A DNA stretch of 64,000 nucleotides from the human T2T-CHM13v2.0 reference genome, Homo sapiens. The stretch is taken from assembly GCF_009914755.1 (NCBI RefSeq), contig NC_060930.1; one strand, written 5' to 3'. Numbering within the stretch: position 1 is the first letter of the stretch; each line of letters begins with the position of its first letter. The notes under the pieces were generated by a model. The model had not been told where the DNA came from, searched no databases, and saw only the letters and a list, made by a program, of their open reading frames with translations. Below, in pieces: positions 44,133 to 59,100 of this stretch. Both the position numbers and the translations under genes were made by a program.

Positions 44133-47100
44133 ATCATAGCATCCCAGTGTGCACTCACCTGGCCTCATCATAGTGTCCCAGTGGGCACTCACCTGGCCTC
44201 ATCATAGTGTCCCAGTGTGCACTCACCTAGCCTCATCACAGTGCCCCAGTGTGTGCTCACCTAGCCTCATCATAGTGTCCCAGTGTACACTCACCTGGCC
44301 TCATCATGGTATCCCAGTGTGCGCTCACCTAGCCTCATCATAGTGCCCCAGTGTGCGCTCACCCGGCCTCATCATAGTGCCCCAGTGTGCCCTCACCTAG
44401 CCTCATCATAGTGTCCCAGTGTTCGCTCACCCGGCCTCATCATAGTGTCCCAGTGTGCGCTCACCTAGCCTCATCATAGTGCCCCAGTGTGCACTCAGCT
44501 AGCCTCATCATAGTGTCCCAGTGTGCACTCACCCGGCCTCATCATAGGGTCCCAGTGTGCACTCACCCGGCCTCATCATAGGGTCCCAGTGTGCACTCAC
44601 CCGGCCTCATCATAGTGTCCCAGTGTGCACTCACCTAGCCTCATCATAGTGCCCCAGTGTGCACTCACCTAGCCTCATCATAGTGCCCCAGTGTGCACTC
44701 ACCTAGCCTCATCATAGTGCCCCAGTGTGCACTCACCTGGCCTCATCATAGTGTCCCAGTATGCGCTAACCTAGCCTCATCATAGTGTGCCAGTGTGCAC
44801 TCACCTAGCCTCATCATAGTGCCCCAGTGTGCACTCACCTGGCCTCATCATAGTGCCCCAGTGTGCACTCACCTAGCCTCATCATAGTGCCCCAGTGTGC
44901 ACTCACCTGGCCTCATCATAGTGTCCCAGTATGCGCTAACCTAGCCTCATCATAGTGTGCCAGTGTGCACTCACCTAGCCTCATCATAGTGCCCCAGTGT
45001 GCACTCACCTGGCCTCATCATAGTGCCCCAGTGTGCACTCACCTGGCCTAATCATAGTGTCCCAGTGAGCACTCACCTGGCCTAATCATAGTGTCCCAGT
45101 GTCCGCTTACCTAGCCTCATCATAGTGGCCCAGTATCCGATCACCTAGATTCATCATAGTGCCCCAGTGTGTGCTCACCTAGCCTCATCACAGTGTCCCA
45201 GTGTGCACTCACCTAGCCTCATCACAGTGCCCCAGTGTGCGCTCACCTAGCCTCATCATAGTGTCCCAGTGTACACACACCTGGCCTCATCATGGTGTCC
45301 CAGTGTGCGCTCACCTAGCCTCATCAGAGTGCCCCAGTGTGCACTCACCCGGCCTCATCATAGGGTCCCAGTGTGCACTCACCCGGCTTCATCATAGGGT
45401 CCCAGTGTGCACTCACCCGGCCTCATCACAGTGTCCCAGTATGCGCTAACCTAGCCTCATCATAGTGTCCCAGTGTTCGCTCACCTAGCCTGATCATAGT
45501 CCCCCAGTGTGCACTCACGTGGCCTCATCATACTGTCCCAGTGTGCACTCACCTGGCCTCATCATAGTGTCCCAGTGAGCACTCAACGGGCCTAATCATA
45601 GTGTCCCAGTGTCCGCTTACCTAGCCTCACCATAGTGGCCCAGTATCCGATCACCTACATTCATCATATTGTCCCAGTGTGCACTCACCTGGCCTCATCA
45701 TAGTGCCCCAGTGTGTGCTCATCTAGCCTCATCATAGTGTCCCAGTGTGCCCTCACCTAGCCTCATCATACTATCCCAGTGTGCACTCACCTGGCCTCAT
45801 GATAGTGTACCAGTGTGCACTAACCTAGCCTCATCATAGTGCCCCAGTGTGCGCTCACCTAGCCTCATCATAGTGTCCCAGTGTGCACTCACCTGGCCTC
45901 ATCATAGTGTCCCAGTGTCCGCTCACCTGGCCTCATCATAGTGCACGAGTGTGCGCTCACCTACCCTCATCATACTGCCCCAGTGTGCTCTCACGTAGCC
46001 TCGTCATAGTGTCTCAGTGTGGGCTCATCTAGCCTCATCATAGGGTCCCAGTGTGCGCTCACCTGGCCTCATCATAGTGCGCCAGTGTGCGCTCATCAAG
46101 CCTCATCATAGTGCTCCAGTGTGCGCTCACCAGGCCTCATCACTGTCCCCATGGGCGCTCACCTGGCCTCATCATAGTGTGCGCTCACCTACCCTCATCA
46201 TAGTGGCCCAGTGTGCACTCAACTAGCCTCATTATAGTGTCCCAGTGTGCATTCAACTAGCCTCATCATAGTGTCCCAGTGCGTGCTCACCTAGCCTCAT
46301 CATACTGTCCCAGTGTGCGCTCACCTGGCCTCATCATAGTGTCCCAGTGTGCGTTCACACGGCTTCATCATAGTGGCCCAGTGTGCACTCACATGGCCTC
46401 ATCATAGTGTCCCAGTGTGCACTCACCTGGCCGCATCATAGTGCCCCAGTGTACACTCACCTGGCCTCCTCATAGTGCCCCAGTGAGCACTCACCTAGCC
46501 TCATCATAGTGCCCCAGTGTGCACTCACCTAGCCTCATCATAGTGCCCCAGTCTGCACTCAAGCAGCCTCATCAGAGTGTCGCAGTGCGCTCACCTAGCC
46601 TCATCAGAGTGCCCCAGTGTCCGCTCACCTAGCCTCATCATACTGTCTCAGTGTGAGCTCACCTAGCCTCATCATAGTGTCCCAGTCTGCGCTCACCTAG
46701 CCTCATCATAGTGCCCCAGGGTGCACTCACCTAGCCTCATCATAGTGTCCCAGTGTGCACTCACCTGGCCTCATCATAGTATCCCAGAGTGCGCTCACCG
46801 AGCCTCATCATAGTGTCCCAGTGTGCGCTCACCGAGCCTCATCATAGTGTCCCAGTGTGCGCTCACCCGGCCTAGTCATAGTGCCCCAGTGTGCACTCAC
46901 GCGGCCTCATCATAGTGTCCCAGTGTGCGCTCACCCGGCCTCACCATAGTGTCCCAGTGTGCACTCACCTAGCCTCATCACAGTGTCCCAGTGTGCACTC
47001 ACCTAGCCTCATCATAGTGTCCCAGTGTGTGCACACCTAGCTTCATCAGAGTGTCCCAGTGTGCGCTCACCTAGCCTCATCATAGTGTCCCAGTGTGCGC

Positions 47101-50100
47101 TCACCCGGCCTCATCATAGTGCCCCAGTGTGCACTCACATGGCCTCATCAAAGTGTCCCAGTGTGCACTCACCTGGCCTCATAATAGTGCCCCAGTGTGT
47201 GCTCAACTACCCTCATCATAGTGTCACAGTGTGCACTCACCCGGCCTCATCATAGTGCCCAAGTGTGCACTTACCTAGCCTCATCATAGTGTCCCACTGT
47301 GCGCTCACCCGGCCTCATCATAGTGTAACAGTGTGCGCTCACCTGGCCTCATCTTAGTGCCCCACTGTGCACTCACCTAGCCTCATCATAGTGCCTCAGT
47401 GTGCACTCACATAGCCTCATCATAGTGCCCCAGTATGAGCTCACCTAGCCTCATCATAGTGCCCCAGTCTGCGCACACCTAGCCTCATCATAGTGCCCCA
47501 GTGTGCGCTCACCTAGCCACATCATAGTGTCCCAGTGTGCACTCACCTGGCCTCATCATAGTGTCCCAGAGTGCGCTCACCCGGCCTCATCATAGTGCCC
47601 CAGTGTGCGCTCACCTAGCTTCATCATAGTGTCATAGTGGGCGCTCAACCGGCCTCATCATAGGGTCCCAGTGTGCACTCACCTAGCCTCATCATAATGC
47701 CCCAGTGTCCGCTCACCTAGCCTCATCATAGTGTCCCAGTGTGCGCTCACCCGGCCTCATCATAGTGCCCCACTGTGCGCTCACATGGCCTCATCATAAT
47801 GTCCCAGTGTGCACTCACCTGGCCTCATCATAGTGTCCAAGTGTGCGCTCACCTGACCTCATCACTGTGTCCCAGTGTGAACTCACCTGGCCTCATCATA
47901 GTGTCCCAGTGTGCACTCACCTAGCCTCATCATAGTGCCCCAGTCTGCGCTCACCAAGCCTCATCATAGAGTCCCAGTGTGCACTCACCTAGCCTCATCA
48001 TAGTGTCCCAGTGTGCGCTCACCTAGCCTCATCATATTGTCCCAGTGTGCACTCAACTACCCTCATCATAGTGTCCCAGTGTCCGCTCACCAAGCCTCAT
48101 CATAGTGTCCCAGTGTGCAGTCACCTAGCCTCATCATAGTGTCCCAGTGTGCACTCACCTAGCCTCACCATACTGTCTCAGTGTGCGCTCACCTAGCCTC
48201 ATCATGGTGTCTCAGTGTGCGCTCACCTAGCCTCACCATGGTGTCCAAGTGTCCGCTCACCGAGCCTCATCACAGTGTCCCAGTGTGCACTCACCTACCC
48301 TCATCATAGGGTCCCAGTGTGCACTCACCAAGCCTCATCATAGTGCCCCAGTGTGTGCTCATCTAGCCTCAACAAAATGTCCCAGTGTGCAATCACCCGG
48401 AATTATCATAGTACCCCAGTGTGCGCTCATCTAGCCTCATCATAGTGTCCCAGTGTGTGCTCACCTGGCCTCATCATAGTGCCTCAGTGTGCGCTCACCT
48501 AGCCTCATCATAGTGTCCCAGTGTGCGCTCACCTAGCCTCATCATAGTGTCCTATTATCCGCTCACCTAGCCTCATCAAAGTGCCCCAGTGTGCGCTCAC
48601 CTAGCCTCATCACACTGCCCCAGTGTGCGCTCACCTAACCTCATCATAGTGTCCCATTGTGCGCTCACCTAGCCTCATGATAGTGTCCCAGTGTGTGCTC
48701 GCCCAGCTTCATCATAGTGCCCCAGTGTACACTCACCTGGCCTCATTATACTGACCAGTGTGCACTCACCCGGCCTCATCATAGTGTCCCAGTGTGCGCT
48801 CACCTAGCCTCATCATAGTGTCCCAGTGTGTGCTCACCTAGCCTCATCATAGTGTCCCAGTGTGCACTCAGCTAGCCTCATCATAGAGTCCCAGTGTGCA
48901 CTCACCGAGCCTGATCATAGTGTCCCAGGGTGCGCTCATCTGGCCTCATGATAGTGTCGCAGTGTGCACTCACCTAGCCTCATCATAGTGTCCCAGTGTG
49001 CAATCACCTAGTCTCATCATAGTGCCCCAGGGTCCGCTCACCTAGCCTCATCAAAGTGTCCCAGTGGGTGCTCACCTAGCCTCATCATAGTGCCCCAGTC
49101 ACCGCTCAACTAGCCTCATCATATTGCCCCATTGTGCGCTCACCTAGCCTCATCATAGTGTCCCAGTGTGCACTCACCTGCCTCATCATAGTGTCCCAGT
49201 GTGCGTTCACCCTGCCTCATCATAGTGACCCAGTCTGCGCTCACCTAGCCTCATCATAGTGTCCCAGTGTGCGCTCACCCGGCCTCATCATAGTGTCCCA
49301 GTGTGCACTCACCTAGCCTCATCATAATGCCCCAGTATCCGCTCACCTAGCCTCATCATAGTGTCCCAGTGTGTGCTCACCTAGCCTCATCATAGTGCCC
49401 CAGTGTGCACTCACCTGGCCTCATCATAGTGTCCCAGTGTCCGCTCACCTGGCCTCATCATAGGGCACCAGTGTGCACTCACCTAGCCTCATCATAGTGT
49501 CCCAGTGTACACTCACCTGGCCTCATTGTACTGTCCCAGTGTGCACTCACACGGCCTCATCATAGTGTCCCAGTGGGCGCTCACCTAGCCTCATCATAGT
49601 GTCCCAGTGTACGCTCACCTAGCCTCATCATAGTGTCGCAGTATACACTCAGCTAGCCTCATCATAGTGTCCCAGTGTGCACTCACCTAGCCTCATCATA
49701 GTGTCCCAAGGTGCGCTCATCCGGCCTCATCATAGTGTCGCAGTGTGCACTCACCTAGCCTCATCATAGTGTCCCTGTGTGCAATCACCTAGCCTCATCA
49801 TAGTTTCCCACTGTGTGCTCACCTGGCCTCATCATAGTGCCCCAGTTTGCACTCACCTGGCCTCATCATAGTGTCCCAGTGTGAACTCACCTGGCCTCAT
49901 CATAGTGTCCCAGTGTGCACTCACCTAGCTTGATCATAGTGTCCCAGTATCCGCTCATTTAGCGTCATCATAGTGCCCCAGAATCCGCTCACCTAGCCTC
50001 ATCATAGTGTCCCAGTGTGCACTCACCTGGCCTCATCATAGTGCCCCAGTGTGTGCTCAGCTAGCCTCATCACAGTGCCCTAGTGTGCGTTCACATAGCC

Positions 50101-53100
50101 TCATCATAGTACCCCAGTTTCAGCTCACCGAGCCTCATCATAGTGCCCCAGTGTGCACTCACCTAGCCTCATCATAGTGTGCCAGTGTGCGCTCACCTAG
50201 CCTCATCATAGTGCCCCAGTGTGCGCTCACCTAGCCTCATCATACTGCCCCAGTGTGCACTCAGCCTCATCATAGTACGCCAGTGTGCGCTCACCTGGCC
50301 TTATCATAATGCCCCAGTGTGCGCTCACCTGGTCTCATCATAGTGCCCCAGTGTGCGCTGACCTAGCCTCTTCATAGTGTCCCAGTGTGCACTCAACTAG
50401 CCTCATCAGAGTGTCCCAGTGTGCGCTCACCTAGCCTCATCATACTGCCCCAGTGTGCACTCACCAAGCCTCCTCATAGTGCCGGAGTGTGCACTCACCT
50501 AGCCTCATCACAGTGTCCCAGTGGGCGCTCACCCGGCCTCATCATAGTGTCCCAGTGTGCACTCACCTAGCCTCATCATAGTGTCCAAGTGAGCGCTCAC
50601 CCAGCCTCATCATAGTGTCCCAGTGTGCACTCACCTAGCCTCATCATAGTGTCCCAGTGTGCACTCACCTAGCCTCATCATAGTGTCCCAGTGTGCACTC
50701 ACCCGGCCTCATCATAGTATCCCAGTGTGCGCTCACCCGGCCTCATCATAGTGTCCAAGTGTGCACTCACCTAGCCTCATCATAGTGTACCAGTGTGCGC
50801 TCACCCGGCCTAATCATAGTGCCCCAGTGTGCACTCACCAGGTCTCATCATAATGACCCAGTGTGCACTCACCTAGCCTCATCATACTATCCCAGTATGC
50901 GCTCACCTAGCCTCATCATTGTGTCCCAGTGTGCGCTCAACCGGCCTCATCATAGTGCCCCAGTGTGCACACACCTAGCCTCATAATAGTGTCCCAGTGT
51001 GCGCTCACCCGGCCTCATCATAGTGCCCCAGTGTGCACTCACCTAGCCTCATCATAGTGTCCCAGTGTGCGCTAACCCGACCTCATCATAGTGCCCCAGT
51101 GTGCACTCACCAAGCCTCATCATAGTGCGCCAGTGTGCACTCACCTGGCCTCATAGTATCCCAGTATCCACTCACCCGGCCTCATCATACTGTCCCAGTG
51201 TGCGCTCACCCGGCCTCATCATAGTGCCACAGTGTGCGCTCACCCGGCCTCATCATAGTGCCGCAGTGTGCGCTCACCTGGCTTCAACATAGTGTCCCAG
51301 TGAGCGCTCGCCTGGCCTCATCATAGTGTCCCAGTGTGCGCTCACCCGGCCTCATCATGGTGCCCCAGTGTGCACTCACCCGGCCTCATCATAGTGCCCC
51401 AGTGTGCACTCACCTAGCCTCATCATAGTGTCCCAGTGTGCGCTCACCTGGCCTCATCATAGTGTCCCAGTGTGCGCTCACCTGGCCTCATCATAGTGTC
51501 CCAGTGAGCACTCACCTAGCCTCATCATAGTGCAACAGTGTGCACTCACCTAGCCTCATCATAGTGCACCAGTGTGCACTCACCTGGCCTCATCATAGTT
51601 TCCCAGTGTGCTCTCACCTGGCCTCATCATAGTGTCCCAGTGTCCGGTCACCTAGCCTGATCATAGTGCCCCACGATCAGCTCACTTAGCCTCATCATAG
51701 TGCCCCAGTATCCGCTCACCTAAACTCATCATAGTGTCCCAGTGTGCACTAAGCTGGCCTCATCATAGTGCCCCAGTGTGTGCTCACCTAGACTCATCAT
51801 AGTGTCCCACTGTGCACTCACCTAGCCTCATCATAGTGCCCTAGTGTGCGCTCACCTAGCCTCATCATACTGTCCCAGTTTGCGCTCACCTAGCCTCATC
51901 ATAGTGCCGCAGTGTGAACTCAACTAGCATCACAGTGCCCCAGTGTGCACTCACCTGGCCTCATCATAGTGTCCCAGTGTGAGCTCACCTGGCCTCATCA
52001 TAGTGCCCCAGTGTGCACTCACCGAGCCTCATCATAGTGCCCCAGTGACCGCTCACGTAGCCTCGTCATAGTACCCCAGTGTGCACTCACTTAGCCTCGT
52101 CATAGTGCGCCACTGTGCGTTCACCTGGCCTCACAATAGTGCCCCAGTGGGCGCTCACCTGGTCTCATCATAGTGCCCCAGTGTGCGCTGACTTAGCCTC
52201 TTCATAGTGTCCCAGTGTGCACTCACCTAGCCTCATCATAGTGTCCATGTGTGCGCTCAGCCAGGCTCATCATAGTGTCCCAGTGTGCACTCACCTAGCC
52301 TCATCAGAGTCCCAGGGTGCGCTCACCTAGCCTCATCATAGTATCCCAGTGTGCGCTCACACGGCCTCATCATAGTGTCCCAGTGTGCGCTCACCTAGCC
52401 TCATCATAGTGTCCCAGTGTGCGCTCACCTGGCTTCATCATAGTGCCCCAGTGTGCACTCACCTGGCCTCATCATAGTGTCCCAGTGTGCGCTCACCCGG
52501 CCTCATCATAGTGCACCAGTGTGCACTCACCTGGCCTCATCATAGTGTCCCAGTTTGCGCTCACCCGGCCTCATCATAGTGCTCCAGTGTGCACTCACCA
52601 AGCCTCATCATAGTGCCCCAGTGTGCACTCACCTGGCCTCACCATAGTATCCCAGTGTCCGCTCACCCGGCCTCATCATAGTGTCCCAGTGTCCGCTCAC
52701 CCGGCCTCATCATAGTGTCCCAATGTGCGCTCACCCGGCCTCATCATACTGTCCCAGTTAGCGCTCACCCGGCCTCATCATAGTGCCGCAGTGTGCACTC
52801 ACCTGGCCTCAACATACTGTCCCAGTGTGCGGTCACCTGGCCTCATCATAGTGTCCCAGTGTCCGCTCACCGAGCATCATCATAGTGCCCCAGTGTGCGC
52901 TCACCCGGCCTCATCATAGTGCCCCACTGGGCCCTCACCCGGCCTCATGACAGTGTCCCAGTATGCACTCACATGCACAGATCATAGTGCCACAGTGTGC
53001 ATTCACCTAGCCTCATCATAGCGCCCCAGTGTGCACTCACCTAGGCTCATCATAGTGTCCCACTGTGCGCTCACCTAGCCCCATTATAGTGCCCCAGTGT

Positions 53101-56100
53101 GCGCTCAACTGGCCTCATCATAGTGTCCCAGAGTGCGCTCACCTAGCCTCATCATAGTGTGCCAGTGTACCCTCAGCCGGCCTCATCATAGTGTCCCAGT
53201 GTGCGCTCACCAGGCCTCATAACAGTGCCCCAGGGTGCGCTCACCTGGCCTCATCATAGTGTCCCAGTGTGCATTCACCTGGCCTCATCATAGTTTCCCA
53301 GTGTGCGCTCACCCGGCCTCATCATAGTGTCCCACTGTGCACTCACCTGGCCTCATCACAGTGTCCCAGTGTGCGCTCACATAGCCTCATCACAGTGTCC
53401 CAGTGTGCGCTCACCTAGCCTCATCATAGTGCCCCAGTGTGCACTCACCTAGCCTCATCACAGTGTCGCAGTGGGCGCTCACCCGGCCTCATCATAGTGT
53501 CCCAGTGTGCACTCACCTAACCACATCATAGTGTCCAAGTGTGCGCTCACCCAGCCTCATCATAGTGTCCCAGTGGTCGCTCATCTAGCCTCATCATAGT
53601 GTCCCAGTGTGCGCTCACCCGGCCTCATCATAGTATCCCAGTGTGCACTCTCCCGGCCTCATCATAGTGTCCAAGTGTGCACTCACCTAGCCTCATCAGA
53701 GTGTCCCAGTGTGCGCTCACCCGGCCTCATCATAGTGCCCCAGTGTGCACTCACCAGGCCTAATCATAATGCCCCAGTGTACACTCACCTAGCCTCATCA
53801 TAGTGTCCCAGTGTGCGCTTACCTTACCTCATCATAGTGTCCCAGTGTGCGCTCACCTGGCCTCATCATAGTGCCCCAGTGTGCGCTCACCTAGCCTCAT
53901 CACACTGCCCCAGTGTGCGCTCACCTAACCTCATCATAGTGTCCCATTGTGCGTTCACCTAGCCTCATCAGAGTGTCCCAGTGTGTGCTCACCCAGCCTC
54001 ATCATAGTGCCCCAGTGTACACTCACCTGGCCTCATTATACTGACCAAGTGTGCACTCCCCCGGCCTCATCATAGTGTCCCAGTGTGCGCTCAACTAGGC
54101 TCATCATAGTGTCCCAGTGTGCGCTCACCTAGCCTCATCATAGTGTCCCAGTGTGCACTCACCTAGCCTCATCATAGTGTCCCAGTGTGCACTCACCTAG
54201 CCTCATCAGTGTCCCAGGGTGCGCTCATCCGGCCTCATGATAGTGTCGCAGTGTGCACTCACCCAACCTAATAATAGTGTCCCAGTGTGCAATCACCTAG
54301 CCTCATCATAGAGCCCCAGTGTCCGCTCACCTAGCCTCATCAAAGTGTCCCAGTGGGTGCTCACCTAGCCTCATCATAGTGTCCCAGTCGGCGCTCACCT
54401 AGCCTAATCATAGTGCCCCATTGTGCGCTCACCTAGCCTCATCATAGTGTCCCAGTGTGCACTCACCTGGCCTCATCATAGTGTCCCAGTGTGCGCTCAC
54501 CCTGCCTCATCATAGTGAACCAGTGTGCGCTCACGTAGCCTCATCATAGTGTCCCAGTGTGCGCTCACCCGGCCTCATCATAGTGTCCCAGTGTGCACTC
54601 ACCTAGACTCATCATAATGCCCCAGTATCCGCTCACCTAGCCTCATCATAGTGTCCCAGTGAGCGCTCACCCGGCCTCATCATACTGCCCACTCTGCGCT
54701 CACCCGGCATCATCATAGTGTCCCACTGTGCGCTCACCTGGCCACATCATAGTGTCCCAGTGTGCGCTCACCTAGCCTCATCATAGTGTCCCAGTGTGCG
54801 CTCACCTAGCCTCATCATAGTGCCCCAGTGTGCGCTCACCTGGCCTCATCATAGTGCCCCAGTGTGCATTCACCTAGCCTCATCATAGTGCCCCAGTGTG
54901 CACTCACCTAGCCTCATTATAGTGTCCCAGTGTGCGCTCACCCGACCTCATCATAGTGCCCCAGTGTGCACTCAGGTACCTCATCATAGTGTCCCAGTGT
55001 GCACTCACCCGGCCTCCTCATAGTGTTCCAGTGTGCGCTCACTCAGCCTCGTCATAGTGCCCCAGTGCTCGCTCACCTGGCCTCATCATAGTGTCCCAGA
55101 GTGCACTCACCTGGCCTCATCATAGTGTCCCAGTGTGCGCTAACCTAGCGTTATCATAGTGTCCCAGTGTCCGCTCACATAGCCTCATCATAGTGCCCCA
55201 GTGTACACTCACCTAGCCTCATCATAGTGCCCGAGTGTGCACTCACCTAGACTCATCATAGTGCACCAGTGTGCACTCACCTGGCCTCATCATAGTGTCT
55301 CAGTGTGCTCTCACCTGGCCTCATCATAGTGTCCCAGTGTCCGCTCACCTACCCTCATGATAGTGTCCCAGTGTGAACTCACCTAGCCTCATCATTGTGC
55401 CCCAGTGTGAACTCAACTAGCCTCATCATAGTGCCCCAGTGTGCGCTCACCTGGCCTCATCATAGTGCCCCAGTGTGCACTCACCTAGCCTCATCATAGT
55501 GTCCCAGTGTGCGCTAACCTAGTCTCATCATAGTTTCCCAGTGTGGGCTCACCTAGCCTCATCATAGTGCCCCACTGTCTACTCACCTAGCCTCATCATA
55601 GTGCCCCACTGTCCGCTCACCTAGCCTCATCATAGTGCCCCAGTGTGAACTCACTTAGCCTCATCATACTTCGCAAGTGTGCGCTCACCTGGCCGCATCA
55701 TAGTGCCCCAGTTTGCGCTCACCAAGCCTCATCATAGTGTCCCAGTGTGCACGCATACGGCCTCATCATAGTGTCCCAGTGTGCACTCACCTGGACTCAT
55801 CATAGTGCCCCAGTGAGCACTCACCTAGCCTCAGCATAGTGCCCCATTGTGCACTCACCTACCCTCAGCATAGTGCCCCAGTGTACACTCAACCGGCCTC
55901 ATCATAGTGCCCCAGTGAGCACTCACCTAGCCTCAGCATAGTGCCCCAGTGTGCCCTCAACTACCCTCAACATAGTGCCCCAGTGTGCACACAACCGGCC
56001 CAGTGTCCCTCACTCAACCATCATAGTGCCCTAGTGTCCGCTCACCTAGCCTCATCATAGTGTCCCAGTGTGCACTAATCCGGCCTCATCATAGTGTCCC

Positions 56101-59100
56101 AGTGTGCGCTCACCTAGGCTCATCTTAGTGTCCCAGTGTGCACTCACCTAGCCTCATCATACTGCCCCAGTGTGCACTCACCTACCCAATCATAGTGTCC
56201 CAGTGTGCACTCACCCGGAATTATCATAGTGTCCCAGTGTGCGCTCCCCTAGCCTCATCATAGTGTCCCAGTGTGCACTCACCTAGCCTCATCATAGTGC
56301 CCCAGTGTGCACACACCTAGCCTCATCATACTGTCCCAGTGTGTGCTCACCTAGCCTCATCATAGTGCCCCATTGAGCACTCCCCTAGCCTCATCATAGT
56401 GTACCAGTGAGCGCTCACCCGGCCTCATCATAGTCCCCCACTGTGTGCTATCATGGCCTCATCATAGTGTCCCAGTGTGCGATTACCTGGCCTCACCATA
56501 GTGTCCCACTGTGCACTCACCTAGCCTCATCATACTGTCCCAGTGTGCACTCACCTAGCCTCATCATAGTGTCCCAGTGTGTGCACACCTAGCCTCATCA
56601 GAGTGTCCCAGTGTGCGCTCACCTAGCCTCATCATAGTGTCCCAGTGTGCGCTCACCCGGCCTCATCATAGTGCCCCAGTGTGCACTCACATGGCCTCAC
56701 CAAAGTGTCCCAGTGTGCACTCACCAGGTCTCATAATAGTGCCCCAGTGCGTGCTCAACTACCCTCATCATAGTTTCACAGTGTGCACTCACCCGGCCTC
56801 ATCATAGTGCCCAAGTGTGCACTCACCTAGCCTCATCATAGTGTCCCAGTGTCTGCTCACCGAGCTTCATCATAGTGCTCCAGTGTGCACTCACCTAGCC
56901 TCATCATAGTGCCCCAGTTTGCACTTACCTAGCCTCATCATAGTGTCCCACTGTGCGATCACCCGGCTTCATCATAGTGTAACAGTGTGCGCTCACCTGG
57001 CCTCATCTTAGTGCCCCACTGTGCACTCACCTAGCCTCATCATACTGCCCCAGTGTGCACTCACATAGCCTCATCATAGTGCCCCAGTGTGCACTCACAT
57101 AGCCTCATCATAGTGTCCCAGTGTGCACTCACCTACCCTCATCATAGGGTCCCAGTGTGCACTCACCAAGCCTCATCATAGTGCCCCAGTGTGTGCTCAT
57201 CTAGCCTCAACAAAATGTCCCAGTGTGCACTCACCCGGAATCATCATAGTATCCCAGTGTGCGCTCACCTAGCCTCATCATTGTGTCCCAGTGTGCGCTC
57301 ACCTGGCCTCATCATAGTGCCTCAGTGTGCGCTCACCTAGCCTCATCATAGTGTCCCAGTGTGCGCTCACCTAGCCTCATCATAGTGTCCTATTATCCGC
57401 TAACCTAGCCTCATCAAAGTGCCCCAGTGTGCGCTCACCGAGCCTCATCACACTGCCCCAGTGTGCGCTCACCTAACCTCATCATAGTGTCCCATTGTGC
57501 GCTGACCTAGCCTCATGATAGTGTCCCAGTGTGTGCTCACCCAGCTTCATCATAGTGCCCCAGTGTACACTCACCTGGCCTCATTATACTGACCAGTGTG
57601 CACTCACCCGGCCTCATCATAGTGTCCCAGTGTGCGCTCACCTAGCCTCATCATAGTGTCCCAGTGTGCGCTCACCTAGCCTCATCATAGTGTCCCAGTG
57701 TGCACTCAGCTAGCCTCATCATAGAGTCCCAGTGCGCACTCACCTAGCCTCATCATAGTATCCCAGGGTGCGCTCATCCAGCCTCATCATAGTGTCGCAG
57801 TGTGCACTCACCTAGCCTCATCATAGTGTCCCAGTGTGCAATCACCTAGCCTCATCATAGTGCCGCAGTGTGCGCTCACCTGGCCTCAACATATTGTCCC
57901 AGTGTGCGGTCACCTAGCCTCATCATAGTGTGCCAGTGTGCGCTCACCTGGACTCATCATAGTACCGCAGTGTGCACTCACCTGGCCTCATCATAGTGTC
58001 CCAGTGTCTGCCCACCGAGCATCATCATAGTGCCCCAGTGTGCGCTCACCCGGCCTCATCATAGTGCCCCACTATGCCCTCACCCGGCCTCATGATAGTG
58101 TCCCAGTGTGCACTCACCTGGCCTGATCATAGTGTCCCAGTGTGCATTGACCTAGCCTCATCATAGTGCCCCAGTGTGCACTCACCTAGGCTCATCATAG
58201 TGTCCCAGTGTGCGCTCACCTAGCCTCATCATAGTGTCCCAGTGTGCCCTCAGCCGGCCTCATCATAGTGTCCCAGTGTGCGCTCACCCGGCCTCATAAC
58301 AGTGACCCAGTGTGCGCTCATCTGACCTCGTCATAGTGTCCCAGTGTGCATTCACCTGGCCTCATCATAGTGTCCCACTGTGCACTCACCTGCCCTCATC
58401 ATAGTGTCCCAGTGTGCGATCACCTAGCCTCATCATAGTGTCCCAGTGTGCGCTCACCTGGCCTCATCATAGTGTTCCAGTGTGCGCTCACCTGGCCTCA
58501 TCATAGTGCCCCAGTGTGCATTCACCTAGCCTCATCATAGTGCCCCAGTGTGCACTCACCTAGCCTGATCATAGTGTCCCAGTGTGCGCTCACCCGGCCT
58601 CATCATAGTGGCCCAGTGTGCACTCACCTGGCCTCATCATAGTATCCCAGTGTGCACTCTCCCGGCCTCATCATAGTGTCCAAGTGTGCACTCACCTAGC
58701 CTCATCAGAGTGTCCCAGTGTGCGCTCACCCGGACTCATCATAGTATCCCAGTGTGCACTCTCCCGGCCTCATCATAGTGTCCAAGTGTGCACTCACCTA
58801 GCCTCATCAGAGTGTCCCAGTGTGCGCTCACCCGGCCTCATCATAGTGCCCCAGTGTGCACTCACCAGGCCTAATCATAATGCCCCAGTGTGCACTCACC
58901 TACCTCATCATAGTGTCCCAGTGTGCGCTCACCTTACCTCATCATAGTGTCCCAGTGTGCGCTCACCCGGCCTCATCATAGTGTCCCAGTGTGCGCTCAC
59001 CTAGCCTCATTAAAGTGTCCCAGTGTGCGCTCACCTGCCCTCATCATAGTGCCCCAGTGTGCGCTCACGCGGCCTCATCATAGTGCCCCACTGTGCCCTC

